Assembly (NCBI RefSeq): GCF_001194135.2
Contig: NC_068990.1
Location: forward strand, 81,597,549-81,661,393
Direction of reading: 5' to 3'
DNA length: 63,845 nt
From: Octopus bimaculoides
Lineage: Eukaryota
The notes beneath the pieces were generated by a model. The model did no database searches and was not told where the DNA came from. It was given only the letters and a program-made list of their open reading frames with translations. The translations under genes and the position numbers were made by a program. The stretch's first letter is position 1. Each line of letters starts with the position of its first letter. Below are positions 13,447-25,965 of this stretch, piece after piece.

Positions 13447-16400
13447 ATGTGTGTGTGTGTGTGTGTGTCTGTGTGTTATATAAAACAGGTTGTGCCAAAT
13501 TGTAAGTTTATGAATAACCTTAAGTAGACAGAAATTTGACAAATAAAACTTTTTTTAAATAAACTTTTTTTAATCTGCATATGTCTTACACTCTATGTTT
13601 CACTCTCTATATATCTATACACATCTCTATATTATATTATGTATTTATGTGTATGTGTATGCATGTATGTATATCTCTATGGAGTGCAGGTTTTATATGT
13701 CCTTATATACTATAACAAAACAAATAAAGAGCTTACCTATATGCCTTAAAAGTTTACTTATGTCTTTCATATCAATGTGTCTATGTCAATCATTATAGTC
13801 TTATATAAAGAGACAAGGTACACTAGGTTGTGTTGCTTGGAGAACCCTTTTGTCTGGGGTCCAGTGCTAATCTATGTATGGTATGGTTGTGTATGAAGGG
13901 AGCCCAGTACATTGATTTTCTCCCTAATGCTGTTGAAACAGCTTTGTGTGTGTGTGTGTGTGTGTGTGTCTATGAATATCTCTCTATATATCACTATAAA
14001 TTTTTGGTTATTAATTTCATCTTTAGAGTTAAGTATAAAAAAAAAATAATTAAGCTAGCAATGCGACATTAATTTTACATTTATCCATGCCTGAAAGTTT
14101 CCTAGTTTGACTCCGGTTTGATACTGTTTACAGATCCAGGAATAAAACACCTGGAGGACTGATCAAATTGTCATATAGATGTGTTGTAGTCTGAAAATTA
14201 TTGTCTTTACAATATTATATATAATCTGGTTTATATATATATATGGATTTAACACATATAGCCTGGTTATGTGCATTTGTTTTACTCACTTTTTGTTATA
14301 TTTCCTTGCATTCAATCGAATCATTTTCATAGTTGGAAGATGAAATATTCTTTCTTTTGGATTTCATGTTAACAATACTCATAAAATATACTACTTCTTG
14401 AACAAGATATACAAATATGGAACAAAATTAGGAATATAGATTCCAATCTATTGAATATTATTTAGACAATTGAAAGGCTTTTTTAAGTAAGAGCTACATC
14501 ATCTCCAAATAAATATTCTAACTTCCATCATTATCCTCATCATATCTATTAACACTATCAATAAGCAAAAATCATATTTATTAACAATATTTAATTAAAA
14601 GGTTTAAAAAAAAAAATAGTATTCTCAAGGGAAGCTACTCTTCAAATTTTTGTATTTACTTCCCTTGTATAAGACTGCTAAGCTTTGCATAGCGATTTTT
14701 ACTGTACAGATTTTAATACTGGTTGCAGCGCTGTTACAGAAATATTGCCTGTTCCTCATTCATCAATTTTTGATAAGGATTACTATGGAAATATATTTTA
14801 TTTTTACTGTCTGTAACAGTCTCTGGTTGTTTTCCCTATATATTACCTTAGTGAATTTTAACAAAAACAACTATTTCGTATATAACCGAAAATGTTTTTA
14901 TTTAAGAAAGAGTATTGTAACTGAATAATAATAGTTGGAACATTACGAAGATATAAAAATGCGGTATTGATTATGAAATAACTATCTGTATATATGTGTT
15001 ATGTAATAATACAAAAATCACACCCTACTATCTTTAAAAGAAAAGGCCACTATGGGATAATACTGTCCTTGAAAGTATCTGGGAGAGAAAAAAAAAAAGA
15101 CTGGCTGGTTTAGGTTAGAGCCATTGATTGAAGGTCTGAAGAACGGGAAATAAGAAACAGTATATATAGTGGTAGTGTAGAAGCAGACACATGGGTGTAG
15201 AGAGTGAGAACATTTCGTCTCATCTTTCAGTTTAGATTAGTTTTGGATTTCTTTCGTATATAAATTACTCTTGCACTTAATGCTTTTCATTATTTTATTT
15301 AAAACATCAGTTATATATTTAATTTTTTTTACAAAGGCAAAATGCCACAGATTCTAATGGAAGGAAATCATCAAGGAAATTAATCTCAATACTTCAATTG
15401 TACTTTGAGTCCTAAAAAAGTGAAAGACAAAATCATTATCAGTAGGATTTGAACTTAGAATGTAAAGTGTTATGACTAAATATTACAAAATATATTTCTT
15501 GATTTATTCAAAAGGATACTTGTGACCATTTTCCATGGCCCCTGAAACCAGTGGCAGGAGGAAAGGATGGGGAGCATCCAACACCTTTTTCAGGGCTTGT
15601 GAAATTGGCATGAGAAATAGAAGAGGTTATTCTCAGACATGATGTCTTAACTGCCTATTTCTAACAGCTGAGACTACTTAAAACATTCATAAGTTACATG
15701 ATAGTATTAAACCAGATGATGGATAAAGTCTACCAATACTCTACAGATCATGTCAGTCTACCACCTTAATATCTATTGCAGCCTTTCACTAAACGTTCAA
15801 AACAGTATTTCCCCTTTGTTTTCAAATAGTGAAACTGATAATATAAAATAATGATTACAATAAAAATTCATTTAAAGTAAATATTCTATCAAATTCCTTC
15901 TATTTTATTTTAAAATTAAATTGAGGCATCTGAGCTCTATTGTAATTAATTAGGAAACCTTCATTTGCAAAAATAAAAGTATACTTGTCATTGCATGACA
16001 CATGTAGTACAGGGTTCACCAACAAACAGTGTTATTTAGATGCTAGCACTATGTGATTGCCAACCAAGGCTTAAGAGCTCATCATCTATCTACCTCAGAG
16101 ACATCATTGTCCCCCAGCAAATTTCAACTAGGTATTACAGTGGGTTTTTTCTGGGGATCTGTAACCTAGGAGAAGAGACCTATTCTAGGTACGGCCAGGC
16201 AGAGTTATTTCAGCTCGGAACATATGTCAGGCAGGATCATCAGACACTGAAGTAATAATTAAGGTCACTACCTGGTATCTTAAAATTTTAGTATACTCTC
16301 TCTCTACAATAAAAACATAATGACTTAAGTTTCATTATGCCATATATCTTCTCGGGTAAAAGTAACTCTTTTTAAATAACAACAGCAACATCACTAAATA

Positions 16401-17261
16401 TAATCGTCTGAAATTAATTAGATGGTGTGCCTGTACTGCAAATCTTTTGGCTTGCTGACCTAGCAACCCAACTACTTTCACTCATGTAATTATAGCAAGA
16501 AAATACACCTGTAAAATAATAAAGATCGATCATTTATCTTGAAATGGCTGCATTGCTGAATTGATGACCTACAGACAAAAGTTTCAAGCCATGTCATTGG
16601 TGTCATGTTTTCGAATAAGGCATATTTATTTGATTATGTTCATTGAGCTAGAAAATAAGTATTAATCCTTCTTTATTGTAGTGTGGGTGGCATTATTATG
16701 TTAGATGTCAAGTGAGGGATTATGTTAATCTAATCTTGCCTTGGTAACTTAAAACAAATTAGTAAGAACAAGATCTAATCATTACAGATATTTTCTAATG
16801 TTGTTGCTGCTGCTGCTGCTGCTGCTCATATTTTGTCCTAGATTGGCCCTGAATTACCATACTTATGATCAAAGACTTTCTAGCTATGACCATCCAGTCT
16901 TTTTTCCAAACTACATTGTCCGTTGTTTTTTTCTTTTTAAAATTGGTTGCTGAGATTCAAAGTAATTTGGGTTGCTGTTTCTAGCATAGCAGACAACCAC
17001 ATTATGGTTCCATTGTTGTTTGCACTTTCTAGTGCAAAGCCACAATTTAAACAGAAACAAAAACCAAAAAAGTCAATTTTATTTCAAAAGTAATGTTGAA
17101 TATGAGAGTAGAGTGGAGGAAGTGTTGGAACGGTAATAAAATTCCATGTGGCACTTGTTTTTAGTGAACAATATTCCTATTGTTTTGTGTGTCTTTTATT
17201 TTTTAAATTTCTTTATGGATTAGTCAGAGGAGAAAGGTCGGTGACCTTGCCCTTTTTTCAG

Positions 17262-17336
17262 GATCTTTAATATTGGTGACATAGAAAGAAGGGATTATCT
17301 TGAACCTCGACACCTTGTCTGAATGCTTACCCGAGA
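17262..17336 (+). CDS. Candidate stop-containing cassette/terminal exon (W-IFNIGDIERRDYLEPRHLV*, stop at 17320-17322)
   Basis: Acceptor ccttgcccttttttcAG, donor GA|gtaagc at 17337; phase-2 entry joins exon A in frame (TG|G = Trp); the other two frames stop early. Confidence 0.4.
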
Positions 17337-17680
17337 GTAAGCTGCCACTGAGTGGTCAATCAGTTTATCTATGCTTACATATCCTATTATAACTACTTCA
17401 CAAAAATAAACAATGTACTTATTGTCGTTCCTTGAATGTAACAATTTTCTAGGTGTTATTATTTAGCCTGAGGTGAACACTGATCAAGCTGATCTGTGAT
17501 CAAAGCATTTCAGCTGTGATCTCTCATGTCTCTGGAGGAATATGTAGTACTATATTTATTTACATGTTTTTTTAGGGAAATTTGAAAAATGTGGGAAATT
17601 TGGCTGCTATTTCTTGCTATTAGCTCTGTCTAGATGTTGTTCATTGATCATCCCCTTCTTCCAACATAACCTCTAGTGTT

Positions 17681-17766
17681 CATGATGATGACGATGATGA
17701 TGATGATGATGATGATGATCATCATCATCATCATCATCATCATCGTCGTCATCATCGTCATCATCG

Positions 17767-17799
<33 letters not shown>

Positions 17800-17800
17800 A
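17681..17800. repeat. (GAT)n-(CAT)n compound microsatellite forming a perfect palindrome centred at 17718/17719
   Basis: Directly read. Confidence 0.9.
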
Positions 17801-17965
17801 CATCATGTGCTGGCATGGGTTGGACAGTTTCACAGGAGCTGCTCAACCGAAGAACTTACCGGGCTCCATGTCTATTTTGGCATGGTTTCTATGGCTGGAA
17901 TGCCTTTCTTAATGCCAGCCACTTCATAAAGTGTACTGGGTGTTTCTACGCAACATTGGCATGGG
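17780..17965 (-). mobile_element. RTE-type 3' tail fragment; similar tails at about 9760-9990, 18478-18890, 25330-25460, 44465-44800, 51655-52130 (minus) and 31880-32050 (plus)
   Basis: Shared motifs ...catgctggcatgggttggac... and ...gatgcccttcctaatgccaacc... next to (CAT)n. Confidence 0.65.
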
Positions 17966-18819
17966 TGTTTTTATCATAAAAGGCCATAACTAAAATTTAC
18001 CAGGTATTTTGACTGACACTTCAATAATTTTGCTTAAGAGATATAGGTATCATTTTAAATATTTTTAGAATTTAAAAACTTCAAAATAATTAAAGATAAA
18101 AATTGTCAGCATCAACTGATGAGTGTAAATAAATTCAAGTATATTCAATCATAGTAGACCCTTTATACTCGAGATTTTTCATAAAATGGTAATCCTTATA
18201 TTTAATAATAAATATTTTCTATAGATTTTCTACAGGCGAGTTTAAATACACTTGTATTGGTTTCTGGTTTTATGCAAGAAACACTTCTTTCCCTTCTTTA
18301 AGGAATTCTTTAAGGAATTGTGTGTAGTGAGAAATTCTGAGTAACAGCAAATCTATCATCAGCTTCAAACAAATTAATAAATTCTACTGAAGATATTGAA
18401 TATTCTTCCTCCCATCTTTACATTCAAACCTCTGTGTGCGTGTGTGTGTGTGTGTGCATGCATGTGAGTACATGTGAATCATCATCATCATCATTTTCCA
18501 TCTGTTTTCCATGGGCTGAACAAGTTGCCATAGTCCAAACCAGCTCTTCTTTAGAGTTACTGCTGTTTTAGATGAGGCAGAGGACTACATCTTGCTCATA
18601 TTTTTCACTTTTGGTTTGGTTTGGTTTGGTTTGGTTTCTATGACTGATACTTTTCCGATCACCAATCACTTTACAGAGTTCACCAGGTGCATTTTATTGT
18701 GGCACCAGCATGAAAGAAATTGTCATATTCACCACAAGACTGAAACGTTCTTTTGGCCCTACTCATTTGCCAACCACTTCACAGAGTGCCTTGGATGGAT
18801 TTCATTGTGGCACCAGTAC

Positions 18820-18878
<59 letters not shown>

Positions 18879-18959
18879 TGATGAAGAAGAAGAATGACAG
18901 TTCTTTCTAATTTTGGCACAAAGCCAGCAATTCTGAGAGGGACAGTTTTTTTGCTCATT

Positions 18960-19620
18960 GTACCAAAGATACAATGTGTTTCTTTTTCATTTACCATAGC
19001 ATTTTGATTTCTTTTTGCTGAGTTTTATATCTCATTAGTTTTTCTGTATCTGCTGTCCCCAAGACATGACATGTCTATGATCTGGCATGAATTTTCCTCC
19101 ATTGTCGACCAGCATGATATTGGGTTTCCAATGTTCAATTCCTTGATCTAATTAGATCTGTCAGAGTCTATGAAATGGTCAATTCTGTGCTTAATGTAGT
19201 TTGTTTTCAATACTTGTTTGTGTGCTACACATAGCAAGGCCTCTGTTTCAGGTTTCAATTCACTTTTTTGTAACTACATCCATCTTTTATCTGAAACTAT
19301 ATTCCTTGGTATCCCGCTCAAGAACTGACTGCACATCTTATCCTTCCAGCTGTTTCTTCATTTCTGTCTTTTTTGTATATCTTCTTATCCTGACAGCTTT
19401 CTGTATGTAATAGTCTTGCCTCCCTTACTTGCCCAAGTAGTGTGTTCTTTGCATTCTTTATAGGCCAAGTAATATTGTTTTCCTCGGACTGAATACAATC
19501 CTCACAACATATCAGTTCCCATCCTCCTTTCTTTTTTGTCAGGTGCAGCCTATCAGCATCACTTTTCAGGTGGAATACACCATACATTGGATTCAAGCTG
19601 CACTTAAGATGGGTGATGTA
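18960..19620 (-). mobile_element. R4/Dong-like non-LTR retrotransposon fragment (RT C-terminus + restriction-like endonuclease)
   Basis: HLKSDADRLHLTKKKGGWELICCEDC matches the HPKSDVDRLYLPRKEGGRGL..VEDC motif; downstream PNIMLVD resembles the RLE PDIV motif. Confidence 0.7.
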
Positions 19621-20441
19621 AATGTCTTGAGAAAGGGCTCAATTGTGTGCAAAACATAGATACATAGTGCTTCCAGAATTCAGATACACTGAAGTGGGTG
19701 GGTCTTCTCAAGAACCACATATCACCAATCATCCCAGTTTTTTGTTTTTTTTTTATCATTATCAATATTAATGGTGGTAAATTGGTAGAATTGCTTCAGT
19801 GTCAGAAAAAACGATTTGCAGTATTTGTTATGGCCCTTTACATTCTGAGTTAAAAACCTGTAAAATAAATTCTACATTTTATCCCTTTGGGAAGTCAATA
19901 AAGAAAAGTACCAGGATGTATTATGGTTCATGGTATCGACTAGCTCCTTCCCTTTTCAAAAATTGCTGACCTTGTGTCTAGTTTAGAAACTCTTGACGCT
20001 TTATATTTTTGAGTTGAAATCCTGCCAAGATGAATTTTGTCTTTCATTCTTCATAGCTGATAAAATAAAGTACCAGTCAAAAAATGGGAGCAATGGAATC
20101 GACTAGCCCCTTTCTCTCAAAACTGCTGACTTTCTGCCTAAATTGACAATGTAAAAGAAATTATCATAATTATCTTCTTCATCATTACTCTATAGTTAAC
20201 ATGTATTGTTTTGCTGTATCACTTTACATTAATGATTCAATAAAAATGGTACATTGAGAATTTTCTTTGAAATATCAAATATCATTTGCGACAAATTGTG
20301 TGTATCTGTGTGTGTGTGTGTGTGTGTGCGTGCTTGTACATCTGTGTATGTGTATGCATAAAATAATGCACAGCAAATGCATATATTTTTATTCTCATAT
20401 ATTTGGACTTGAGTGCATGATTAAATTATGTATAATTCATA

Positions 20442-20508
<67 letters not shown>

Positions 20509-20827
20509 CTCTATCTAATCTATTTGTCTGTCTGTCTTTCCCTCCCTATATATATATATGGAGAGAGAGAGAGAGAAACAAAATTTATCGTTCCATGTAT
20601 GTGTGTATACATGTGTATATGTGTATATATACAATAAGCAAACTAAATTAGTAAAGTTTATCTTCATATACTTGTATATGAGTGTACAACTAAATTTTGT
20701 ATTATATATGTATGTGTAGGCCTGTTGCATATGTATGCATGTGTGTGCATGCATATGTACAAGTGCACATTATGAATGCACGCATGCTAGCTCCAGAATT
20801 CTTCCCTGCACATACATTTTTCTGCAG

Positions 20828-20871
20828 CTGTCAACTTACAACTGTGCAAGGGGGACATTTAGCACATCCAT
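20828..20871 (+). CDS. Candidate 44-nt exon B (CQLTTVQGGHLAHP, phase 2 to 1)
   Basis: Acceptor catttttctgcAG, perfect donor AT|gtaagt; phase compatible with exon A. An alternative frame (LSTYNCARGTFSTS) is also open. Confidence 0.55.
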
Positions 20872-20964
20872 GTAAGTAGTCTTGGAGGACATGAAAACAA
20901 CGGATACAATACATAACCTCTTGTCCAATAAAAAGAAAATTACCAATTATAATATTTATGAAAT

Positions 20965-20997
<33 letters not shown>

Positions 20998-21647
20998 CTA
21001 TATATTTATATAAGGGCATTACTATACAATAGTGCCTCACGCTATGAGGGGCTCTAAGGTCAGACTACCATAAAAAGCACATTTTNNNNNNNNNNNNNNN
21101 NNNNNNNNNNNNNNNNNNNNNNNNNNNNNNNNNNNNNNNNNNNNNNNNNNNNNNNNNNNNNNNNNNNNNNNNNNNNNNNNNNNNNNNNNNNNNNNNNNNN
21201 NNNNNNNNNNNNNNNNNNNNNNNNNNNNNNNNNNNNNNNNNNNNNNNNNNNNNNNNNNNNNNNNNNNNNNNNNNNNNNNNNNNNNNNNNNNNNNNNNNNN
21301 NNNNNNNNNNNNNNNNNNNNNNNNNNNNNNNNNNNNNNNNNNNNNNNNNNNNNNNNNNNNNNNNNNNNNNNNNNNNNNNNNNNNNNNNNNNNNNNNNNNN
21401 NNNNNNNNNNNNNNNNNNNNNNNNNNNNNNNNNNNNNNNNNNNNNNNNNNNNNNNNNNNNNNNNNNNNNNNNNNNNNNNNNNNNNNNNNNNNNNNNNNNN
21501 NNNNNNNNNNNNNNNNNNNNNNNNNNNNNNNNNNNNNNNNNNNNNNNNNNNNNNNNNNNNNNNNNNNNNNNNNNNNNNNNNNNNNNNNNNNNNNNNNNNN
21601 NNNNNNNNNNNNNNNNNNNNNNNNNNNNNNNNNNNNNNNNNNNNNNN

Positions 21648-21836
21648 GCAGAAATATAACAAAAAAACCATTACTCTGAGTTTCACGTTCCCGTTCATCG
21701 GACAACGGGAATGTGAAACTCAGAGTAACGGTTTTTTTGTTATATTTCTGCTGCTTTTAAATAAAGCATATTACTCTACCTCTGGTATTTGAGTACTCTT
21801 TTTTCCACCTTGTTGCATATTTCATGTGCTTACTCC

Positions 21837-21840
<4 letters not shown>
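21648..21840. mobile_element. Penelope-like terminal fragment with a 48-bp-arm palindrome and a hammerhead-like core
   Basis: Arms 21648-21695 / 21704-21751 (2 mismatches, 8-nt loop). Minus strand reads CCGAUGA-ACG GGAA CGU-GAAA-CUCAGAG-UA. Ends in (TA)n; left end is cut by an N gap. Confidence 0.55.
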
Positions 21841-21882
<42 letters not shown>

Positions 21883-23331
21883 CACATACACACAAGCAAT
21901 TAAGATATGTGTACGTGAAGGCAAACAGTCCAGTCGTATTAATATAAGTTAAAAGTGATGTTTGACATATCATCGGCTAAAAACACAAACAGCCTTGACC
22001 TTAACTGCCATCTTGCCTTGTCTTTTTGTTATTACAACTTGCCAACCATAGAATGTAGAACAAGCTTGGCTTCAAACAACATACTTGTTGGCTCCAGAAA
22101 TCAATAACCTACAGATATTTTTCACCAGTGCTAATGCTATGACTATTCAAGCAGAAATGGAACAGCCTAGACTTCAGTCGTAACATCAGATTGCTACTAC
22201 AGCTAGTGTCATTACTACTGTTGCTACCGCTACTGCTACTGCTGCTGATTGCTGCTGTTATTGTTGCAAATTGCTGCTACTGTTACAAATCTTCCTACTG
22301 TACACATACACTTGGAGCAACTGCGAAACTACTTATGCCATTTTAAAAATCAATAGATCAAAACTGATCAAATAACCACACACATCCCACTCCTTTTTTT
22401 TTATTTTTTTTTTATTTTTCTTTTTTATTTTTTTTTTTGTTAGCATATTAACAATTTTGAATGTCTCATATGATGAAGAACTGAGAGAAAGGAGGGGACC
22501 ATGGAGATGTGGGGGGAGAATGATGAATTCTTTTCTTCCATGACTGTCTGTGGAAATATCTCTATTATGAGAGTATGTTTTAAAAAGCCATTGGTAGCAC
22601 CAGAAAGAGAAGAAATATCATATAAATAATGTGTTATATATAACTATGTCCTATTGATTTCCATATGCTTTTTAATATGATAATAGAAGGGAGGATAATA
22701 CTCATGGATGGATTTCATCTTCATCCCTCCCTCCCTCTCTCTCTCTCTCTCTTCCCATACACACACACATATATATATACGTACATATATACATACATAT
22801 ATGAAATCTGTAATTGGTACCAGAGCATGCATAATAAATTTGATGTCTTAAAAATCATGTTTCTTTCATAGAACTACTTCATATAATGATTGATTTTTAC
22901 ATTGAAATAATTGTTATAGAAATAATCAATAATAACAATACCATATATGGAAATGTAAGTGCTTAATATGTTGTGTGCCTCCCTTCCCCTCCCTCATCAT
23001 CATGATCATTCTATGCTGACAATATTATCATGAAAATTGTGATTATGCATAGAAAGAACGAATGACGTAATGGAAAAATTTCATCTCCTACTTTACTACT
23101 GCAGTACAATACTACATTAGTGCCTCTTCTTCCTACTCATCATAAATAGCATTATAGTTTTGTTTTGTTGTTGTGGTTTTTTTTGTGCGTGTCTTAAGCT
23201 GCAAATAAGAATATTCCTTTCCTATCCGATCCGATCCATAAAGAATAGTAGGCAATGCAGATCCCAGCTATAAATATATACATATATATATTAGCAAAAT
23301 GAATAAAGACTTTGTGAGTAGGGTATTAGGG

Positions 23332-23363
<32 letters not shown>

Positions 23364-23678
23364 NNNNNNNNNNNNNNNNNNNNNNNNNNNNNNNNNNNNN
23401 NNNNNNNNNNNNNNNNNNNNNNNNNNNNNNNNNNNNNNNNNNNNNNNNNNNNNNNNNNNNNNNNNNNNNNNNNNNNNNNNNNNNNNNNNNNNNNNNNNNN
23501 NNNNNNNNNNNNNNNNNNNNNNNNNNNNNNNNNNNNNNNNNNNNNNNNNNNNNNNNNNNNNNNNNNNNNNNNNNNNNNNNNNNNNNNNNNNNNNNNNNNN
23601 NNNNNNNNNNNNNNNNNNNNNNNNNNNNNNNNNNNNNNNNNNNNNNNNNNNNNNNNNNNTATTGTAAAAATATTAATG

Positions 23679-23683
<5 letters not shown>

Positions 23684-23714
<31 letters not shown>

Positions 23715-23818
23715 TCTTCTTCTTCTTCTTCTCCTCCTCCTCCTCCTCCTCCTCCTCATCATCATCATCTTCATCATCATCTTCGTCGTCGTCATCGTCA
23801 TCGTCAACGTTGTCATCA
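23684..23818. repeat. Compound trinucleotide tract (TAC)n(TTC)n(TCC)n(TCA)n(TCG)n
   Basis: Directly read. Confidence 0.9.
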
Positions 23819-23840
23819 CTTATTTATATTTTATTGACAG

Positions 23841-23878
23841 CAGCTCCAAAAGTGTATCCGTCAGACTATTTCCAATAA
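23841..23878 (+). CDS. Candidate terminal coding exon (S-APKVYPSDYFQ*)
   Basis: Acceptor tatttatattttattgacAG; phase-1 entry joins exon B; followed by repeat-free U-rich sequence with TGTAAATA (23939), TGTACATA (23972) and AATAAA (24014). Confidence 0.4.
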
Positions 23879-25484
23879 TAGTGAATTAAAGTCCGTGTTG
23901 AAAAAAAATTTGTAGATTTCTCTTTCGAATATTCCTTTTGTAAATACACATCACATTTGTTTAACCCTTGCTGTACATATTTTATGTGAAGGTCATTCAC
24001 AGTCAGCCACAGAAATAAATTAAATACAAAATAATTATCACATTCTTAATGGAATTATGACTTGTAACCAGTTTTTTTTTTCTTTTTTCATTTTCTTTTT
24101 TTTATTAATTTGACTCTTGCATTTGTGAAGAAATCATTAATTATTGAAAATTTTTCTAAAATTTGTATTAGCAAAATCTGACAGAGTAAATAACAACAAA
24201 CCTACTCTATTTAGTAAGAAATCCTGTACAATTTTCATTTACTGTTCTAATTCTTTGACAATCATCTCCATCTTTGAATAATTTATCTCCTGTTTACCTC
24301 AACCTTTCCATGGAACTTTATTTTGCATCAAATGCTTACTTTCTGTACTTCAAAATTTGTCCTTCAATGAATACACAAGTGTAGAAACTAAATAGCCCTT
24401 GTAAAAACTATCACAGAATTTACCTCCCCCTCTTTGAAAACGCCTATTTCACCATGGTTGACCATTTCAAGGGAAATACCCTGATACTTGTTTTAACAAT
24501 TCTTGTTTAGATGTAAAACATATCGGAACATAACTAAGCAATTTGTTTTGCCTTTTTACATTTAGAGTACAGATTCTGTCTGGATCAACTTGAAGAGAGG
24601 ACAGATGCAATGCATGAGGTGTATATATACACAGAAACAGAGAGAGAGAGAGAAACATGCACACATACATGCAAGCATATATACATACATACATACATTC
24701 ATAAATATATACATATATGAGTTTACTGAGAAATATTTTGGGCAAGTGTCTATTATAGTCTGGGCCAACCAAAGCCTTATGAGTGGATTTGTAAGGAGGA
24801 AACTGAAAGAAGCCTGCCATGTGTGTGTATGTATGTGTGTGTATGTGTGCATGTGTGCGCATGCAGGCACACATGAACGCTTGTGTGTGCCCTTCTCTTG
24901 ACATCATGAGATTGCTGTAAATGAGCAACATCATCATTATCATCATCATATAAGCAATGTTGTTCACTTCCAATCGTCTGTGAAAACATGGTTGGCTATG
25001 GGTAAATATGACCTTACTTGGAAACAGGTCAGGGTTGATGACATGAAATCTACTTTAATGAATTTCATATGACTTATACAAGAAAGGAAAATTGGATGTT
25101 AAAATGATTATGTGTGTGTGTGTGTTGGGTCACCAAGTAAAACTAAGCAAGGTGAAGCATGAATGCATTTTGGCTCTTTGAAGAAGAATCCTCTAAAGTT
25201 AATAGCATTGTGATGAAAGGGGCTCCTTCACTTTCTGGCCCTGAACTGATGGACTGTCTGAAACCTATTCTTATAGACACTGTATGTTATTGTGTGTGTG
25301 TGTGTGTGTGTGTGTGCTTATATATGTGTGTATATATATCATCAACATCACCAATGTGTCATTTTTTTTTCCATGCTGGAATAGATCAGATGAAACTTAG
25401 GCAGATTTTTTTATGGTTGGATGCTCTTCCTGTAGCCAACACACACACCTGCTTCCAAGAGAAGTAATATTGGTTTCAGATTTT

Positions 25485-25965
25485 GACACAACCCCAGTAA
25501 TTTTGGGTGAAGGGGTAAGTCAATTTCATTGATCCTAGCGGTCAACTAGTTCTTATTTTACCAATCCTGAAAGGATGAAGGACAAAGTTGACCTCGGCAG
25601 AATTTGAACTCAGAACGTAAAGACAGATGAAATGCTGCTAATCATTTTGCTGGCATGCTAACCAGGGCTGTGGAGTCAAGACAAAACACTTTGATTCCGA
25701 CTCCTCGACTATTGGCACCTCTGACTCTGACTCCTCTTTATGTAATTAAGTGATTGCGGTCTACGTATCTCATAAAGCATATGCATACACTTGTACTTTG
25801 AACAGGCCTATATGTTGTAACTGGTTTATATTAAAGAATAAAGATACTGTGAGCTAGAGTCAGTATAGTTTTACTGACTCCGACTCCAGCTACTCCTTAA
25901 TTGTTTCTGACTCCGACTCCATAGTCCTGGTGCTAATGATTCTGCCAGCTCACTACCTTAAAGAA
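25485..25965 (-). mobile_element. Second tRNA-derived SINE family, interrupted by a MITE; related copies at about 3968-4185(-), 4190-4400(-), 15340-15480(-), 19770-20150(+)
   Basis: Plus-strand text aaagttgacctcggcagaatttgaactcagaacgtaaag...gattctgccagctcactacctta = reverse complement of a head with B box gagttcaaattc. Confidence 0.75.
25663..25929. mobile_element. MITE with subterminal GACTCC repeats, nested in a SINE
   Basis: Ends cagggctgtggagtc / gactccatagtcctg; flanks atgctaac / gtgctaat (8-bp TSD, 6/8); SINE sequence resumes on both sides. Confidence 0.85.

Noticed and set aside
14693-14815. Protein-like frame DFYCTDFNTGCSAVTEILPVPHSSIFDKDYYG
   Set aside because: Acceptors are plausible but there is no convincing donor and no recognisable homology; not called.
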